Positions 1 to 13,340 of a stretch of 64,000 nucleotides of DNA are shown here, in pieces. Location: NCBI GenBank assembly GCA_964016885.1, contig OZ024745.1:78492001-78556000 (forward strand), read 5' to 3'. The position numbers and the translations under genes are program-made. Below the pieces are notes generated by a model, which saw only the letters and a program-made list of their open reading frames with translations, had not been told where the DNA came from and did not search any database. How positions within the stretch are numbered: position 1 is the stretch's first letter; the number at the start of each line of letters is the position of its first letter. Source of the DNA: Eledone cirrhosa (taxonomy: Eukaryota).

Positions 1-380
1 TAGAAAATAGAATCTGTGTCGAGCAAGACTACAAAAGGTTTATTAAATACTTCTTTTATTTCTTGCGAACATTTACAATGAACTAATAGGAATAAGGGGA
101 AATGAATTTTAACGTTAAATCTAAATATTTGTTTACCTCTGATAGACTCCTGTCTCGGCATCTAAGCAAGCAAGACAGAAGTGTTTTAAGTAAACACTTT
201 TATTTTGACATCAAGGGTTTTTTTTTTTGTTGCACTTTCGAACGATAAAACCTCATCGTTTTAGCACTAACCTTTTAAAATTAGAATAATTTGAAGTCAA
301 AAGGAATTTCAGTTGTTTATGTTAGTAAAACCATATTGGTCATTCAGTACAAATTCGAAATAAAAATAGGTACCAAATGA

Positions 381-538
381 CATTTCTTTGGGAGGTCTAT
401 AGTGGAAAATTTATAGGAACCGCGTCTGACAAAACCGTTATATTAACAATACAGGCTGCCTGTCTGCAATTCTTGGCCACTTCAAACGCAAAATAAATGT
501 CATCTATGATAAAAGAGCTGAATGAGATTTTGCGACAT
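381..538. repeat. Diverged inverted repeat, left arm (partner at ~3588-3746)
   Basis: AATTCTTGGCCACTTCAAAC..AAAATAAATGTCA and flanks align to the reverse complement of 3588-3746 with scattered mismatches and indels. Confidence 0.75.
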
Positions 539-1068
539 TTATGATGTAAACATGGAAGTGGGGTCAATGAAATAAAAAGTAATTTTAATGAAAGTATATC
601 AGTTTACACAACACCAAATTCAAAGTAAAATGATTCTAAAAACATTATTAGTTCAAACATTTTCAAAAAGAACCTTTTGTTTCTTACATCTTCTGACACT
701 AAGTGGTTTAAACACATCAGGTTATCTGAACATTATTAATACAAAATACTAATACATCATAAATGACATTTACAACGAAACCCTTATTATTAAAAAACGT
801 TGTGTATTAATTCACAAAAATGGAAGATATGTAACCTTTCTACGTCTTCTAGCAAAATAACCTAAATATATTATTTCCTGTGTTACCATTATAGGATAAA
901 GGAATATGTTTTTTTCGCTTCCGTAAATCTAAGAATAAAATAGTTTTAATTCCTTTTTAGAGATAGTCTGGCCATAAATTTCGGTATATCAGTACAATTT
1001 GCTTTATATTGACCAGATAGCATCAAAATTTAGCTTCTGCTCATAGAAATGAACATTGCAGTAGAATT

Positions 1069-1070
<2 letters not shown>

Positions 1071-1130
<60 letters not shown>
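1071..1130. repeat. (TA)n microsatellite
   Basis: Pure TA run. Confidence 0.98.
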
Positions 1131-1135
<5 letters not shown>

Positions 1136-1180
1136 AGGTAAAATAAAAAGTCAAATGTTTAAAATTTAGCTTCGTTTATT

Positions 1181-1235
1181 ACTGCTATATATATTTCGGT
1201 GTCAGCCATCTTTGGCTGTGACCTCTTCACGCAGT
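1181..1235 (-). ncRNA. Type I hammerhead-like motif (C3G variant) in a PLE-like insert between TA tracts
   Basis: Minus strand: ACTGC-GTGAAGA-GGTCA.CAGCCA(AAGA)TGGCTG.ACACC-GAAA-TATATA-TA-GCAGT. Stem I is ACTGC/GCAGT and stem III is palindromic. Confidence 0.65.
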
Positions 1236-1313
1236 CCGAATTAGTGTGGTATAGACAAGTACATATGTTGTTGAGGTGTATAATTTTGTCAATACTCTGA
1301 TATGCCCAGTTCC

Positions 1314-1387
1314 TGGTTGGGTTGTTATTTCACTGAGGAAGTGGAATCATATGATTCCAGTTCCTCAGTGAAATAACAACCCAACCA
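1314..1387. repeat. 74-bp spacerless palindrome
   Basis: TGGTTGGGTTGTTATTTCACTGAGGAAGTGGAATCAT|ATGATTCCAGTTCCTCAGTGAAATAACAACCCAACCA; 37-bp arms, one mismatch. Confidence 0.95.
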
Positions 1388-1490
1388 TTATTTTACATTA
1401 CTCCGGAGTAACCAAACCAACCTGCGCACTTCGTCGAGTGCTCCAGCCTGCATACTGAGGTGTTGGTATACAACCAACATATACTCAAAA

Positions 1491-2230
<740 letters not shown>

Positions 2231-2674
2231 TTTTTTGTGAATGTGTCTGTTGATTTTTGGCATATAGTTGATTAGTTTAAGAGAAGTTCGAAGATAATTG
2301 TAAGATATGCACTCAGTATTTTGAATCTGTCTACAGAATTCTCTAAACCTTTGTCACTTAGTAGAACCTTAATGAATTTAGCTTTTAAAGAATCTCCCTT
2401 TCCTTTAATTCTATCTACCATGACTGACCCCCCACTGATCTTATAGACATCTGTTAGCTTAAGAGAAACTTAATGACAAGGAATGGTATGCCATCCGGAA
2501 CCTGTTTATAGAATTCTGTCTGCCTTTGTTACTAAAAACAAAAATTAATAAAAATAAACTATAGCTTTTAATGAATTCCTTTTCTATCAACCAATGACCT
2601 ACACCCATCCCACTCCCCAACTTCTCCTACCACTTGTAGAGACCTATAAATACCATATTTATTTTTTGATACCC

Positions 2675-2725
2675 AGATTCCTGATGATTTCTAAAGAATG
2701 AAACAGTTCTAGTCCTGTAGAATCT
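2675..2725 (+). ncRNA. Type I hammerhead ribozyme motif with a full stem III
   Basis: AGATTC-CTGATGA-T.TTC(TAAA)GAA.T-GAAA-CAG(TTCTAGTC)CTG-TA-GAATCT. Stem I is 6 bp; predicted cleavage after 2719. Confidence 0.7.
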
Positions 2726-2807
2726 CATCTATATTAAAACTTTTATACTCTGCAATGTATTGAGTACCTTACTTACTGTGGTTACCTCCGATTCAACCCG
2801 GAATAAC

Positions 2808-2845
<38 letters not shown>

Positions 2846-2889
2846 ATAAATGAAACAAACCAAAATAAAATACAGGAAGCAAAATTACA

Positions 2890-2941
<52 letters not shown>

Positions 2942-3177
2942 AGAGGAATAAATTGGGTTACCTGGTAATAGTGAAGTTGAAACACGTGTAGACATTAATA
3001 AAATAATTTGAAGTACCTTCTTTGATTTAAACATTATATATATGAGAAGAAAAGGGGGGGAGCCATACATATATATATAGTGGTGGAACACTGGAAGGTA
3101 ATATCCGTAGTGGTAGAGCACTCAGTCCATGGGACGAGTTAGGTAGAAGTGGTTACACAACAGTTAGTTCACCATAC

Positions 3178-3215
3178 CGAGAACAATTGTTTCACCTTAG
3201 CGGATCCTCAGCTCG
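3178..3215 (-). ncRNA. Minimal type I hammerhead motif
   Basis: Minus strand: CGAG-CTGAGGA-TCC(GCTAA)GGT-GAAA-CAATTG-TT-CTCG. Palindromic stem III CAATTG; abuts (TA)n. Confidence 0.7.
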
Positions 3216-3225
3216 TAATGGGCAT

Positions 3226-3323
<98 letters not shown>

Positions 3324-3587
3324 GAGCGTTCACGTGTGTATATGCGTGAGAAGGTATGTTTATATATTTAAAGGTTCTTAAGTAGAAAAGGGAAGAATCT
3401 ATGCCGTACATAAGCCCTCTCATACTGGCACGATTCACCATTCTTAATATTCAGATTGAACATTGGTGAGTCGGAAACAAAAACGTAGGCGCGGTATCAA
3501 TTTCGGGGGATTAATAATTCAAGAAGGAAAGATTTAGAATAGAGGTTAGTATGTGACCTGGCGGGCGAGACACGGTATGGTTCACGT

Positions 3588-3746
3588 GTTGCAACATCTC
3601 ATTCAAATCTTTTATTCTGGGTGACATTTATTTTCTGTTTGAAGTGGCCAAGAATTTCACACAGTTTGTATTGTTTAATATAACGTTGTGTCAGTCGTGG
3701 CTCCCATAAACTTCGCACTATAGAATCAAATCCCCCCCAAGAAATG
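3588..3746. repeat. Diverged inverted repeat, right arm (partner at ~381-538)
   Basis: TGACATTTATTTTCTGTTTGAAGTGGCCAAGAATT matches the reverse complement of ~468-503. Confidence 0.75.
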
Positions 3747-3870
3747 ATTATACGTTATTTGGCATCAATGTTAAAGAGAACATGCGTATTTGTTTATAAC
3801 TATTATGCATTGGTAAAAATTAGACTAATTACCATGAATAGATGACAGATCACGAAGAAATACCAGCATT

Positions 3871-4050
3871 GTGAATTGGCAGTATCGGTAGAGGGCTAGA
3901 CGCCATGCTTTCTAGCATAGTTACGTCTCTTTACAGTCTGAGTTCAAATCCCGCCGAGGTTAACGTTGCCTTTCATCCTTACGGGGTCGATAAAATAAAG
4001 TACCAGTAATGTACTGGGTAATTGCTGGCCTTGTGCCTAAAGTAGAAACA
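3871..4050 (+). mobile_element. tRNA-derived SINE (family A, Meta-domain-like)
   Basis: A-box-like TGGCAGTATCGG, B-box GAGTTCAAATCC, central GCCTTTCATCCTTACGGGGTCGATAAAATAAAGTACCAG; more than 12 copies in the window. Confidence 0.85.
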
Positions 4051-6139
4051 ATTTTTTTTTTTTTCGAATCCAGTGGAACTATTTTGGTATTTTAGACAAT
4101 TCGGTACTCGTGTCGGACCTATCGTTGATGTTAGTAAAACCTGCAGTCACTTCCTGCTGAGAAAACGTACTCTATATGGAATTCATTACAGATTCTATCG
4201 CCATGGCTCCAAACTGCAAAAATAAACTATCTACATAACTGACATCTTTATATTCCCAACAAAACTCTCCTTTCGCTTCATTCATGTCTATTTGTCACTG
4301 ATATTATTACATGTAATCACGTTTTTACTTTTTCTTTCATTTTCTCTTTATTCATCAAACTTTTTATGTTACTCTTCCTTTCATTCTTTCTCACTATTAC
4401 TTCCTCTCACTTTCTGACTCACTGCTTCTTTCTTCTTCCCTCTTTCATTCTCTCTTCATTTTTAATCTATTCATTTAGTTATTTAATTATTCTAAGTTTT
4501 TCTTTTATAAAACAGATTTTTTTAATCAAATAGAATTTAAAGAAAATTTATCAAATTATTAAAGCGGCAAACGTTTCTTTTTTTTTTTCTTTTTGGAAAA
4601 ATGTCCCTCAAGTGTTTAAAACCGCTATCATATTTGCCGTGGTAGCGGAATATACTTTTCTATCACACATTTTATAAAATTATGATCACACTACAGCTGC
4701 CATAACAAAGAAATTTCATGTGTAGAGGCTATAACAGAACCTCTACATAGCTGCTGGATGTGTTAGAAGTAGCACCCACATTTCCCTTAACATGGTCGTC
4801 AGTTCAGTATACTCAGGAATGAGACATGTTGGTCATGTTTTGAATGCCTTTGTTCATATGTATGCTATATCAGGATTGACATGGGTCTAAATGACAAAAA
4901 TACTATACATTAATGTAACAAAATCTACCGTTTCTGTTGATAATGTTCTCGAAAACTAATGTTAAGTAAAACGTGAAAAACAGACATTTTAGTTATAATT
5001 GCCATATATGGTTAAATATAAAAGCAAAAAAGATTTAATAGCAAAAATGTTTTTCATATATAACAGGGAAGTATTTTCATACCAATTTCTTCTTTGACGT
5101 TAAAGACAAAATAAAAAGAGGAAATCACGCCATAGTAGTACTGTTTGGTCGGATGGCACGTGATAGGACCTTTTAAAGTCGAGTGGAATGTTCAGTTCCT
5201 TCCGGTAAACAGTAAATTTCCTGCCTGAGTTTCCCACTCAACAAAGGCCTGCCACATGCCTGTTCACCATAATGGCATTTACTGGCAGAAATGATGTCTT
5301 TTGAAGTAAAATATGTAGTTTTCAAGTTCCCTGTAAAATATGTTGTTACTGTGTCCAGTAGCTACATAATTTGTTTTATTCAGTTATTTTTCTCAACAAT
5401 GCTAACAAATTGTAGTTGCCGGCCAAAAAAAAAAAAGAACCTTTAAGTGGTCACTCGCAATAGCGAATACAACTTCCTCAACTAACTCCCTGCTGACTTT
5501 TAAAAAAAAAAAAGAAAACACGTTGGATAATTTGTTCTACACTATGTCCGAAAAAGACTGAATGGTCATGACTAGAACACATCAACGGCTTGGTAGATCA
5601 AAACAACAGTTGTTCTCAATAGCAATGATGATGACAGTGATTCACAGCTTGTAATAAGTGATACCATAAGCAAATACACCATACAAATGAATTTATATCA
5701 TATTAATAAATCTTCAACTCAGATCTTCCAATTGGCATGTTTGAGGTTGTTTTTTGTTTGTTTGTTTTTTTGTTTTTTTTGTTTTTGTTTTTAATCTTCG
5801 CTAATATGTCCTAGGGAACTATATAATGAGAAGGCTGAATTATACGAGGTGAGAATAGCAAAAACCACAAGCTGAAAAATCATAATGCCCCGGTATCTGT
5901 ATCATATAAAATACTACTTAAAGGTTTCCGTTTGAAAGTGATTGTCTGTAATTTCTAAAAACAAATTTGCACTCTCAATAAATCGAACTAGATTTCGATC
6001 ATTTTGATATCCTATCATCATAAAGTGTCTTGGTGTTTTCAATATTTGGTGATAACTTGCACATTTCTATATGTATGTATATCTATCTTTCTATCTTTAT
6101 CTCACTCTCTTTCTCCTTCTCTCTCCTCTCTCCCTACAT

Positions 6140-6192
<53 letters not shown>

Positions 6193-6223
6193 CATACATA
6201 TATATATAATAATATATATAATA

Positions 6224-6335
6224 ATAAAGGCAAAGTTAACCTCGGCGGAATTTGAACTCAGAATGGCAATGGCCGTAACTCTATGCGTCAAAGCATGGCG
6301 TGCGACCCTCTACCGATACTTCCAATCCACCACCC
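6224..6335 (-). mobile_element. SINE family A, 5' half
   Basis: AAAGGCAAAGTTAACCTCGGCGGAATTTGAACTCAG...CTCTACCGATACT is the reverse complement of the SINE head. Confidence 0.8.
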
Positions 6336-6525
6336 TTATATATATAATAATAATGATACTATTTATAGTTATGAATACACTATATAACTTTAAACAGGAA
6401 AGATCAGTAATTTATTACTACCTTATTACCAGTAAGAAAAATAGCTCATTGCAAATACATCAGATGTTTTACAGAGCAGGAATATAAATTACACAATAAT
6501 CAAAGTTATGTTTAAATTATTTTAT

Positions 6526-6572
6526 TGCTGACAATCGTTTCTTCCAAACTTTCGTTTGGAATCATCGGAGCA
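6526..6572 (-). ncRNA. Hammerhead motif (mirror of 8180-8226)
   Basis: Reverse complement of the 8180-8226 motif. Confidence 0.65.
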
Positions 6573-8179
6573 CTAGCAATGTTTTGTACATATAGTTAAC
6601 CTCCTATTCAACTGAGCAATCATGTAGATACATGGATATTAATGCTGTCAACAACAGTTTCGTATTTACAGAGTGGAATGGATGCGACATTTATTACAAG
6701 CGAATTGTACAATAATTAAAATTAAAAAGCACAGAGTGGAATGCATGCGACAGATATCACAAGGGAATAGTATAATAATTAAAGAGGCATTAAGGAGAAA
6801 AGTTACTCGTAAAACGAGGACACCAGCAGTACATATGCAAGCGTGTAGAGAGTGCAAATGCGTTAGGCATATATAGGAAGGAGACAAGCAATGGTACTAG
6901 GCATATATAATTACTGTATGGCAAAAGTATCACATAAAATAACATAGGTTTACAAGCATATCAAGCAAGCAAAGTTGTTTGTGTATTAAAATTACGAGTT
7001 TATGGTGGATGTAATGCGATGAGTATTTCTGTAATGTTCAAATGTGTATGTGTTGAGAGTATCAATGTTGCTATCTTTTCCATTACATTGGTTATATTTT
7101 ATTTTAGTGAATGTTTTTAGTTAGTTACAGCTATGGATTGTATATTGGTCCTATTATATTGTTATCCTTGGTTCGAGTTGTTCTATAGCGATTCTTCTAA
7201 CGGTTTAATTTCCGGAAGTGAGTTTCAGGTCTATATTAAGGGGAGCTAATGCGAAAGGGGGTGTAACTAGCGATTAAATTGTATATGAAAATAAAAAGAA
7301 GCAAAAATGGAAAAAATGTATAGTTGTTTACAGTTTCAATTAGTTAAATTCTTTGTGCTAATATACATTATATTTGGTTACAAGTGAATCCCTTTTATAT
7401 AATGTTATTTATTTATATTTAATTTTAAATACAGTCTATTTTCCTATAATACATTAAAGGTCTCATTATATTGTTATCTATCCATTACTGAATAAAATAT
7501 AAGTAAGCTTACTTAATATAGACCTCAAACTCACTTCCGGAAATTAAACCGTTAGAAGAATCGCTATAGAACAACTCGAACCAAGGATAACAATATAATA
7601 GGACCAATATACAATCCATAGCTGTAACTAACTAAAAACATTCACTAAAATAAAATATAACCAATGTAATGGAAAAGATAGCAACATTGATACTCTCAAC
7701 ACATACACATTTGAACATTACAGAAATACTCATCGCATTACATCCACCATAAACTCGTAATTTTAATACACAAACAACTTTGCTTGCTTGATATGCTTGT
7801 AAACCTATGTTATTTTATGTGATACTTTTGCCATACAGTAATTATATATGCTTAGTACCATTGCTTGTCTCCTTCCTATATATGCCTAACGCATTTGCAC
7901 TCTCTACACGCTTGCATATGTACTGCTGGTGTCCTCGTTTTACGAGTAACTTTTCTCCTTAATGCCTCTTTAATTATTATACTATTCCCTTGTGATATCT
8001 GGTGCATGCATTCCACTCTGTGCTTTTTAATTTTAATTATTGTACAATTCGCTTGTAATATATGTCGCATCCATTCCACTCTGTAAATACGAAACTGTTG
8101 TTGACAGCATTAATATCCATGTATCTACATGATTGCTCAGTTGAATAGGAGGTTAACTATATGTACAAAACATTGCTAG

Positions 8180-8226
8180 TGCTCCGATGATTCCAAACGA
8201 AAGTTTGGAAGAAACGATTGTCAGCA
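8180..8226 (+). ncRNA. Type I hammerhead motif (U4C variant) with a GNRA-capped stem II
   Basis: TGCT-CCGATGA-TTCCAAAC(GAAA)GTTTGGAA-GAAA-CGATTG-TC-AGCA. Confidence 0.65.
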
Positions 8227-8262
8227 ATAAAATGATTTGAACATAACTTTGATTATTGTGTA

Positions 8263-8267
<5 letters not shown>

Positions 8268-8335
<68 letters not shown>
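8268..8335. repeat. (TA)n followed by (ATTG)n
   Basis: Direct reading. Confidence 0.95.
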
Positions 8336-10429
8336 ATACAATTGATATAGTAGCAAAGTTTGTGGTTTAATGGAAATAAAAGCAGCCATAGCATTGATAT
8401 AATTTTGTTGATCATGTATAGTATATGAATAGTAGATAAAATTTTCTCCCGGTTTACACACTTTATAGTATAAAATAAGATTACTCAATGATAATGCTAA
8501 CATATGGTTCCTGTCTACGCTAAATATCAACTCGACAATGTTTACTCACAGGGTAAATTAACTCCCTAACATATGCTTTTTATGTATGCATATAACTTCC
8601 AACCACAAACAAAAGAAAGAGATGTAATAAGATGGATACACAGAAGTTGAGATGGAAGACGGAAATGAAGAGAAAATAATAAAGATTATATAAATTAACC
8701 GTTAAGAATTTAACGTGGTATTAGACATTATAAGCCTCAATTTGTGACAGAAAAGTAACAATAGGACCACTAATGAGACGCGAGCCAAATATCTATCATT
8801 AAAATATTCAAATTTATGGAGCAAATATTCGTCGCAAATATGAAACCTAACTATGCGAGTCATTAAAAATAGCCTGTCTTAACCTCATTCTTATCTGAGT
8901 TATATGGCAGAGTGATCTCAATTTTCATTTGATACATGATGGATCCAAGTATCCACTACAATTCATTTCGGCAGCAAGAAACATTAAGAGCTGCATGAAA
9001 CCTATGGCATAGATTCGTTAACTTTGTTATAACATGCTCACTTGTAGGCAAAACTTTAAACATACCTGTACATACATACATGCATATAAAGATACATTTT
9101 TAAAATTGATTAGTTTGTAAACATACTCAGATGTCAGGCATATCCAACTCTTTATTTGGAGCAAGCTGTAAATATGCTCGAAATATTTATAATAGAGTCA
9201 AATGTACTAAGGTCTGCAAGGTGGTTTTAAAACTGGAGTCGTGTTAACTTGCCATTCAATACAGAATAGCTCCAAAATACTTTATGCAAAAGAGATACAG
9301 AGGGAGAAAATGCATTTAGGCTCAACGATTATTACCGTCTAAGTGGAATTAGTCTATATGTTTTCGAATTCCAATGTGAAATTCCGCTACGATGTAGAAA
9401 GATAACAGCTTTCTGAAAATGCTACCAAATCATTGTCTTGCAACAGGTTGAATGACCGGCTTTACTTATGTAAAGTTATGCAAAGAAGGAACAAGGTTAA
9501 GCATTACACTTACAGCTGCTATTAATTTACAGCGATCTCCAATGTTACAATGATATTCATTGTTAAGGAAGTTCTTAACATTGTATTAATACAGCTTATC
9601 AGATTTAACGACATTCTTTTGTCTCTGTCAGTAGTGCAAAAAGGATGTGAGAATGGAGACACCAAGGAAATAGCCTGTCTGTGAATTCGTTTAGCGTTTC
9701 ACCCAACATTGTTTTATTTTCAGATTTTTTTTTTTTTTTTCATAAATAGCCAATCTAATTGGCCGGCATAAAAAATATTAAAAATAAATAAAACTTTAGA
9801 GACTCCGCCTAACCTATGTTGGCATACATGTGTTAATAACTGCGGGAAATAACTCATTCGAGAAAGCTATCAGTGGCCATCCTTCCGGATTTCGGAAATA
9901 ACACTGTGTTCTGAGAACTTTACTTTGAGGTTGCAAACTAACCCTTAGACTAATTGGCGTCTTCTTCCCACTTAGAGAGATTCCAAGATATTTTCCCTCC
10001 ACCATTCATCCTTATGTATATCTTTTTTTTCTTTTTAATATACGTACACATGTATAAATGCGTACGTACATACATATATACATACATACATATGTGTGTG
10101 TGTGTGCGAGAGAGAGAGAGAGGGGTGGGGCGGTTTTATATCCTCAACTATTAGTAGTCATAATCTATCTTTTCCTCTTAATACTACATTTCTTATCTTA
10201 TTTTCAGCTCCTTCCTTTCACTAGCCCTCTTAATCTACATCTATTTGCGTCCTTTATATCTGTCCCCGGATTCCCTCTCTAAACAAACGGAATAGCGAAA
10301 GCGTTATACCGGAAGATAGTAAAGATGACGCTTTGAAATATCCATTCTAACTTGCGGGGCCTACTTCCGCGGGTGACCAAATCCGTCCCAATGGCAGCAA
10401 GTAGGGAGTTGGTTTGGGTAAACAAGAAC

Positions 10430-10830
10430 GCCAGAAGTCTCCACCGCAATAGGTTTAAGTATCGGAAAGCGGCCAATTTTTCAATAGCTTTTGAGCTTCA
10501 GCTTGTCGGGCAACGAAACCTTGGTCTGTCACCAAATCATACGAAGGAAGCTAGTTGTAAAATCCAAACTCGATATCTTCAATTTGATATTCGTATCAAC
10601 TCTTACGTGTGGACATGAATCATGGGTAATGACCGAAAGAATACAGCCACGAATACAAATGAGGTTCTTCGAAAGGTCTTTGGAGTAACGCTTCTCGATT
10701 AAGTGCGTACGTAGCACGGTGATCAAGAAGTTAGTCCTATTAGAACCACTACTTCTCCGAATTGAGAGATCACAGCTCCGATACCACGTGCATGTGGTCA
10801 GAATGTCTAAGGAAAGAATCGCTGGAGATA
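10430..10830 (+). mobile_element. Decayed RTE-clade LINE, C-terminal RT/thumb fragment
   Basis: Conceptual translation KLDIFNLIFVSTLTCGHESWVMTERIQPRIQ..MRF and EPLLLRIERSQLRY..HVVRM resembles the RTE/Rex3-type C-terminus; stops and frameshifts present. Confidence 0.75.
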
Positions 10831-10849
10831 TTTTACCTGATGCTATTTT

Positions 10850-11030
10850 AGTTCTAGTTCAACCTTGGTCAGTATACTTATAACCAAAGGCATCCCAGTC
10901 GTTACTACCTTAGACATGATGCATCTAGGATCATCTCTAAAATGTACTTGTCCTTTTAAGAAGAAGAAGATTTGGCTATTATCTGCAGCTGGTCGAATGA
11001 TCACGCAGGGTCATTTTCGTTGGCCTTTAG
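10850..11030 (+). repeat. Dispersed repeat family B (also ~4730-4895 minus, ~5440-5600 minus, ~16080-16270 plus, ~20120-20260 plus, ~43015-43210 minus)
   Basis: Shared diverged blocks (ATCAAAGGCAT.CCAG.C, GATTTGGC..CTATTTCTAGCAG..CGA); class not determined. Confidence 0.5.
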
Positions 11031-12365
11031 CTGACTAGTGTAGGTGACGATAACAATGTTTGTGTCAAATGTCTTGTTTGATAGCACTTCTATATTTAAA
11101 GCCTTTCGTGTGCCACAAGACAACGCCAAAATATCTAGAATATTCTCCCTGAAATCATTACACAAGGTCTAAGAGTTCCATTGAGATCCAGTTTTCCAAG
11201 AAATTAAAAGGACATTCCGTTGTTAAAGCTGCAACGACCGCGAGGACACAGTTTGTTGTCAAGTGAAAAACGAAATAACGTATAAAAAGGAAACGAGATG
11301 GAGTGAAAGGGAGGAGGAGATGATAGTTAGACATAGTATGACTGAATCACAAACAAGGAAGGTCAGAAGTATGGAATAAGCGATGAAAAACAAAAACAGA
11401 CAAAGATATGAAGAAAGAGAGATAGGATGTAATTAAGAAGGGGCAGAAATAGATTTATTTAGTAAGATGGTGACTGGGAGGCAGAGAGAAAATAAGGAAA
11501 TCAAGAGAGGATTCACAGAAATGCGACTCTAAAAGCGGAAGTGAGGCGACAGGAAAAGATAGCTCGAGGTGGTGATAGTTCTCAAAAAAGACAGCGTTGG
11601 AAGATAATCCAAAATGATAACAAAAGAACAAGGATATATGAAAGAAAAACAAAACGTGTTCAAAGGAAATTTAATTCTTCTTGTATTTATTTCAGCCTCA
11701 TGACTTATTTATGTATGTTTTTGACAGGCGTCATTGTGACGTGATTAAGTTTTCTAAAAACGAATCTGTGATGGGCTTCAATTCTCATTTGAATCATATC
11801 CATTTACAACACCTATTTTACGAGAGACTGCATGAAGGACTCCGCTTCTTATTTACTCTGCCCTGTAAATTGGAGGCCTTTATTCCATGCAAATAAACCT
11901 AATTTATGTCATTGTTTAGTGTACTAGAGTTGTAATATTTGAAAACGTAATTCGATCCCTGGTGTATAAGCTTCACTTGGATGTCTTCGGATAAAGATAT
12001 GATCATAGATTCTTATTTGTTCATCCGCAAAGCTTTAGGGTTTTATGTTTAATTCAACAACTTATTGTTTAAGTTTGGAAACGGCACAATGAAGAGATGA
12101 ATGCGGGATTTAAAGTTAAAACTACAGTGGAGAAGAGTTCAGCGAACTTTCAAATATAACTAGTTTATTTAGAAATAAAATATTCATTTTCTAGTGAAAC
12201 GTCTTAATTAAGATCGACAGCAGCTGAAAAAAATGAAAACAATATTCATTTATCGCAAACAGAATGTTTCATATTTACTGGCGGTAAGAATTGATAAATT
12301 GATGTTCATGCATTTCGCAGTAGAATTAGCAATATTAAAACTGAAACTGAGACACAAAAAAAGTG

Positions 12366-12947
12366 AAGTCAACCCTCAAGGACCTTACTTTTTATTCACA
12401 AGAAAAATGGTGAAATTGGAAATATAAAACCTTTTTTACGTTTTTTTCATTGATATAACTTACGTTTTTTTTTATTGATATAACTTGCCATTTGCAATAA
12501 GGAGGTGTTTCATGTAAAGTCAACCCTCAAGGACCTTACTTTTTATTCACAAGAAAAATGGTAAAATTGGAAATATAAAACCTTTTTTACGTTTTTTTCA
12601 TTGATATAACTTACGTTTTTTTTTATTGATATAACTTGCCATTTGCAATAAGGAGGTGTTTCATGTAAAGTCAACCCTCAAGGACCTTACTTTTTATTCA
12701 CAAGAAAAATGGTAAAATTGGAAATATAAAACCTTTTTTACGTTTTTTTCATTGATATAACTTACGTTTTTTTTTATTGATATAACTTGCCATTTGCAAT
12801 AAGGAGGTGTTTCATGTAAAGTCAACCCTCAAGGACCTTACTTTTTATTCACAAGAAAAATGGTAAAATTGGAAATATAAAACCTTTTTTACGTTTTTTT
12901 TTATTGATATAACTTGCCATTTGCAATATGGAGGTGTTTCATGTAAA
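12366..12947. repeat. 151-bp minisatellite, about 3.8 copies
   Basis: AAGTCAACCCTCAAGGACCTTAC starts at 12366, 12517, 12668 and 12819; the last unit lacks an internal ~24-bp sub-duplication. Confidence 0.95.
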
Positions 12948-13019
12948 ATAAAATCTAATTTCATGTGATCGTATTGCATCAGTTTCTTAAAATTATGTTA
13001 TTCAGTTTATGCTAATCCA

Positions 13020-13340
13020 AATATAAGTCGCTCTCCGACAGGTTTGCGGTCGAGCCCATGACCACCTCCCTGCTCACCACCATCGGCACAGAGTTGGATA
13101 CCCGCAGGTGTGAGCCTCATGAGCTGGAATGGCTCTTCCAGCGCGTCTCCCTCATCATCCTCCAGGGAAACACCTTCTCTATTCTGTCCGCCAAGGCCAC
13201 TGTGTGGGCCCCCATTTTCTCACTATAGTGAGAGATGGGGAGAGTGGGAGAGATGGAGTCAGTGACAGTGGGAGTTTGGTTCCTTTGTGTTAGAACCTGG
13301 TGTATATCTATATGTTTCACAGACACACACTCACACATCT
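13020..13340 (+). mobile_element. CRE-clade non-LTR retrotransposon, 3' fragment
   Basis: KYKSLSDRFAVEP..ELEWLFQRVSLIILQGNTFSILSA, the C-terminus of the restriction-like endonuclease; 3' UTR shared with the copies at 26100-26250 and 44905-45010. Confidence 0.75.

Larger units (their letters stand above)
6486..8266. mobile_element. Long near-perfect inverted repeat (arms 6486-7240 and 7512-8266, 271-bp spacer), probably Penelope-derived
   Basis: Arms are reverse complements with few mismatches (mirror ORFs at 6666-6887 minus and 7865-8086 plus). Each arm ends in a hammerhead motif; the right end abuts (TA)n. Confidence 0.9.

Noticed and set aside
3871-4050. tRNA gene
   Set aside because: A and B boxes are present, but there is no cloverleaf and the sequence continues into a multi-copy SINE body.
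6666-8086. Duplicated small ORFs (MSPSYICL.. / MEWMRH..)
   Set aside because: By-products of the inverted repeat, with no recognisable domain.
12366-12947. CRISPR-like array
   Set aside because: Whole units are repeated with no unique spacers, there are no cas genes, and the context is eukaryotic.
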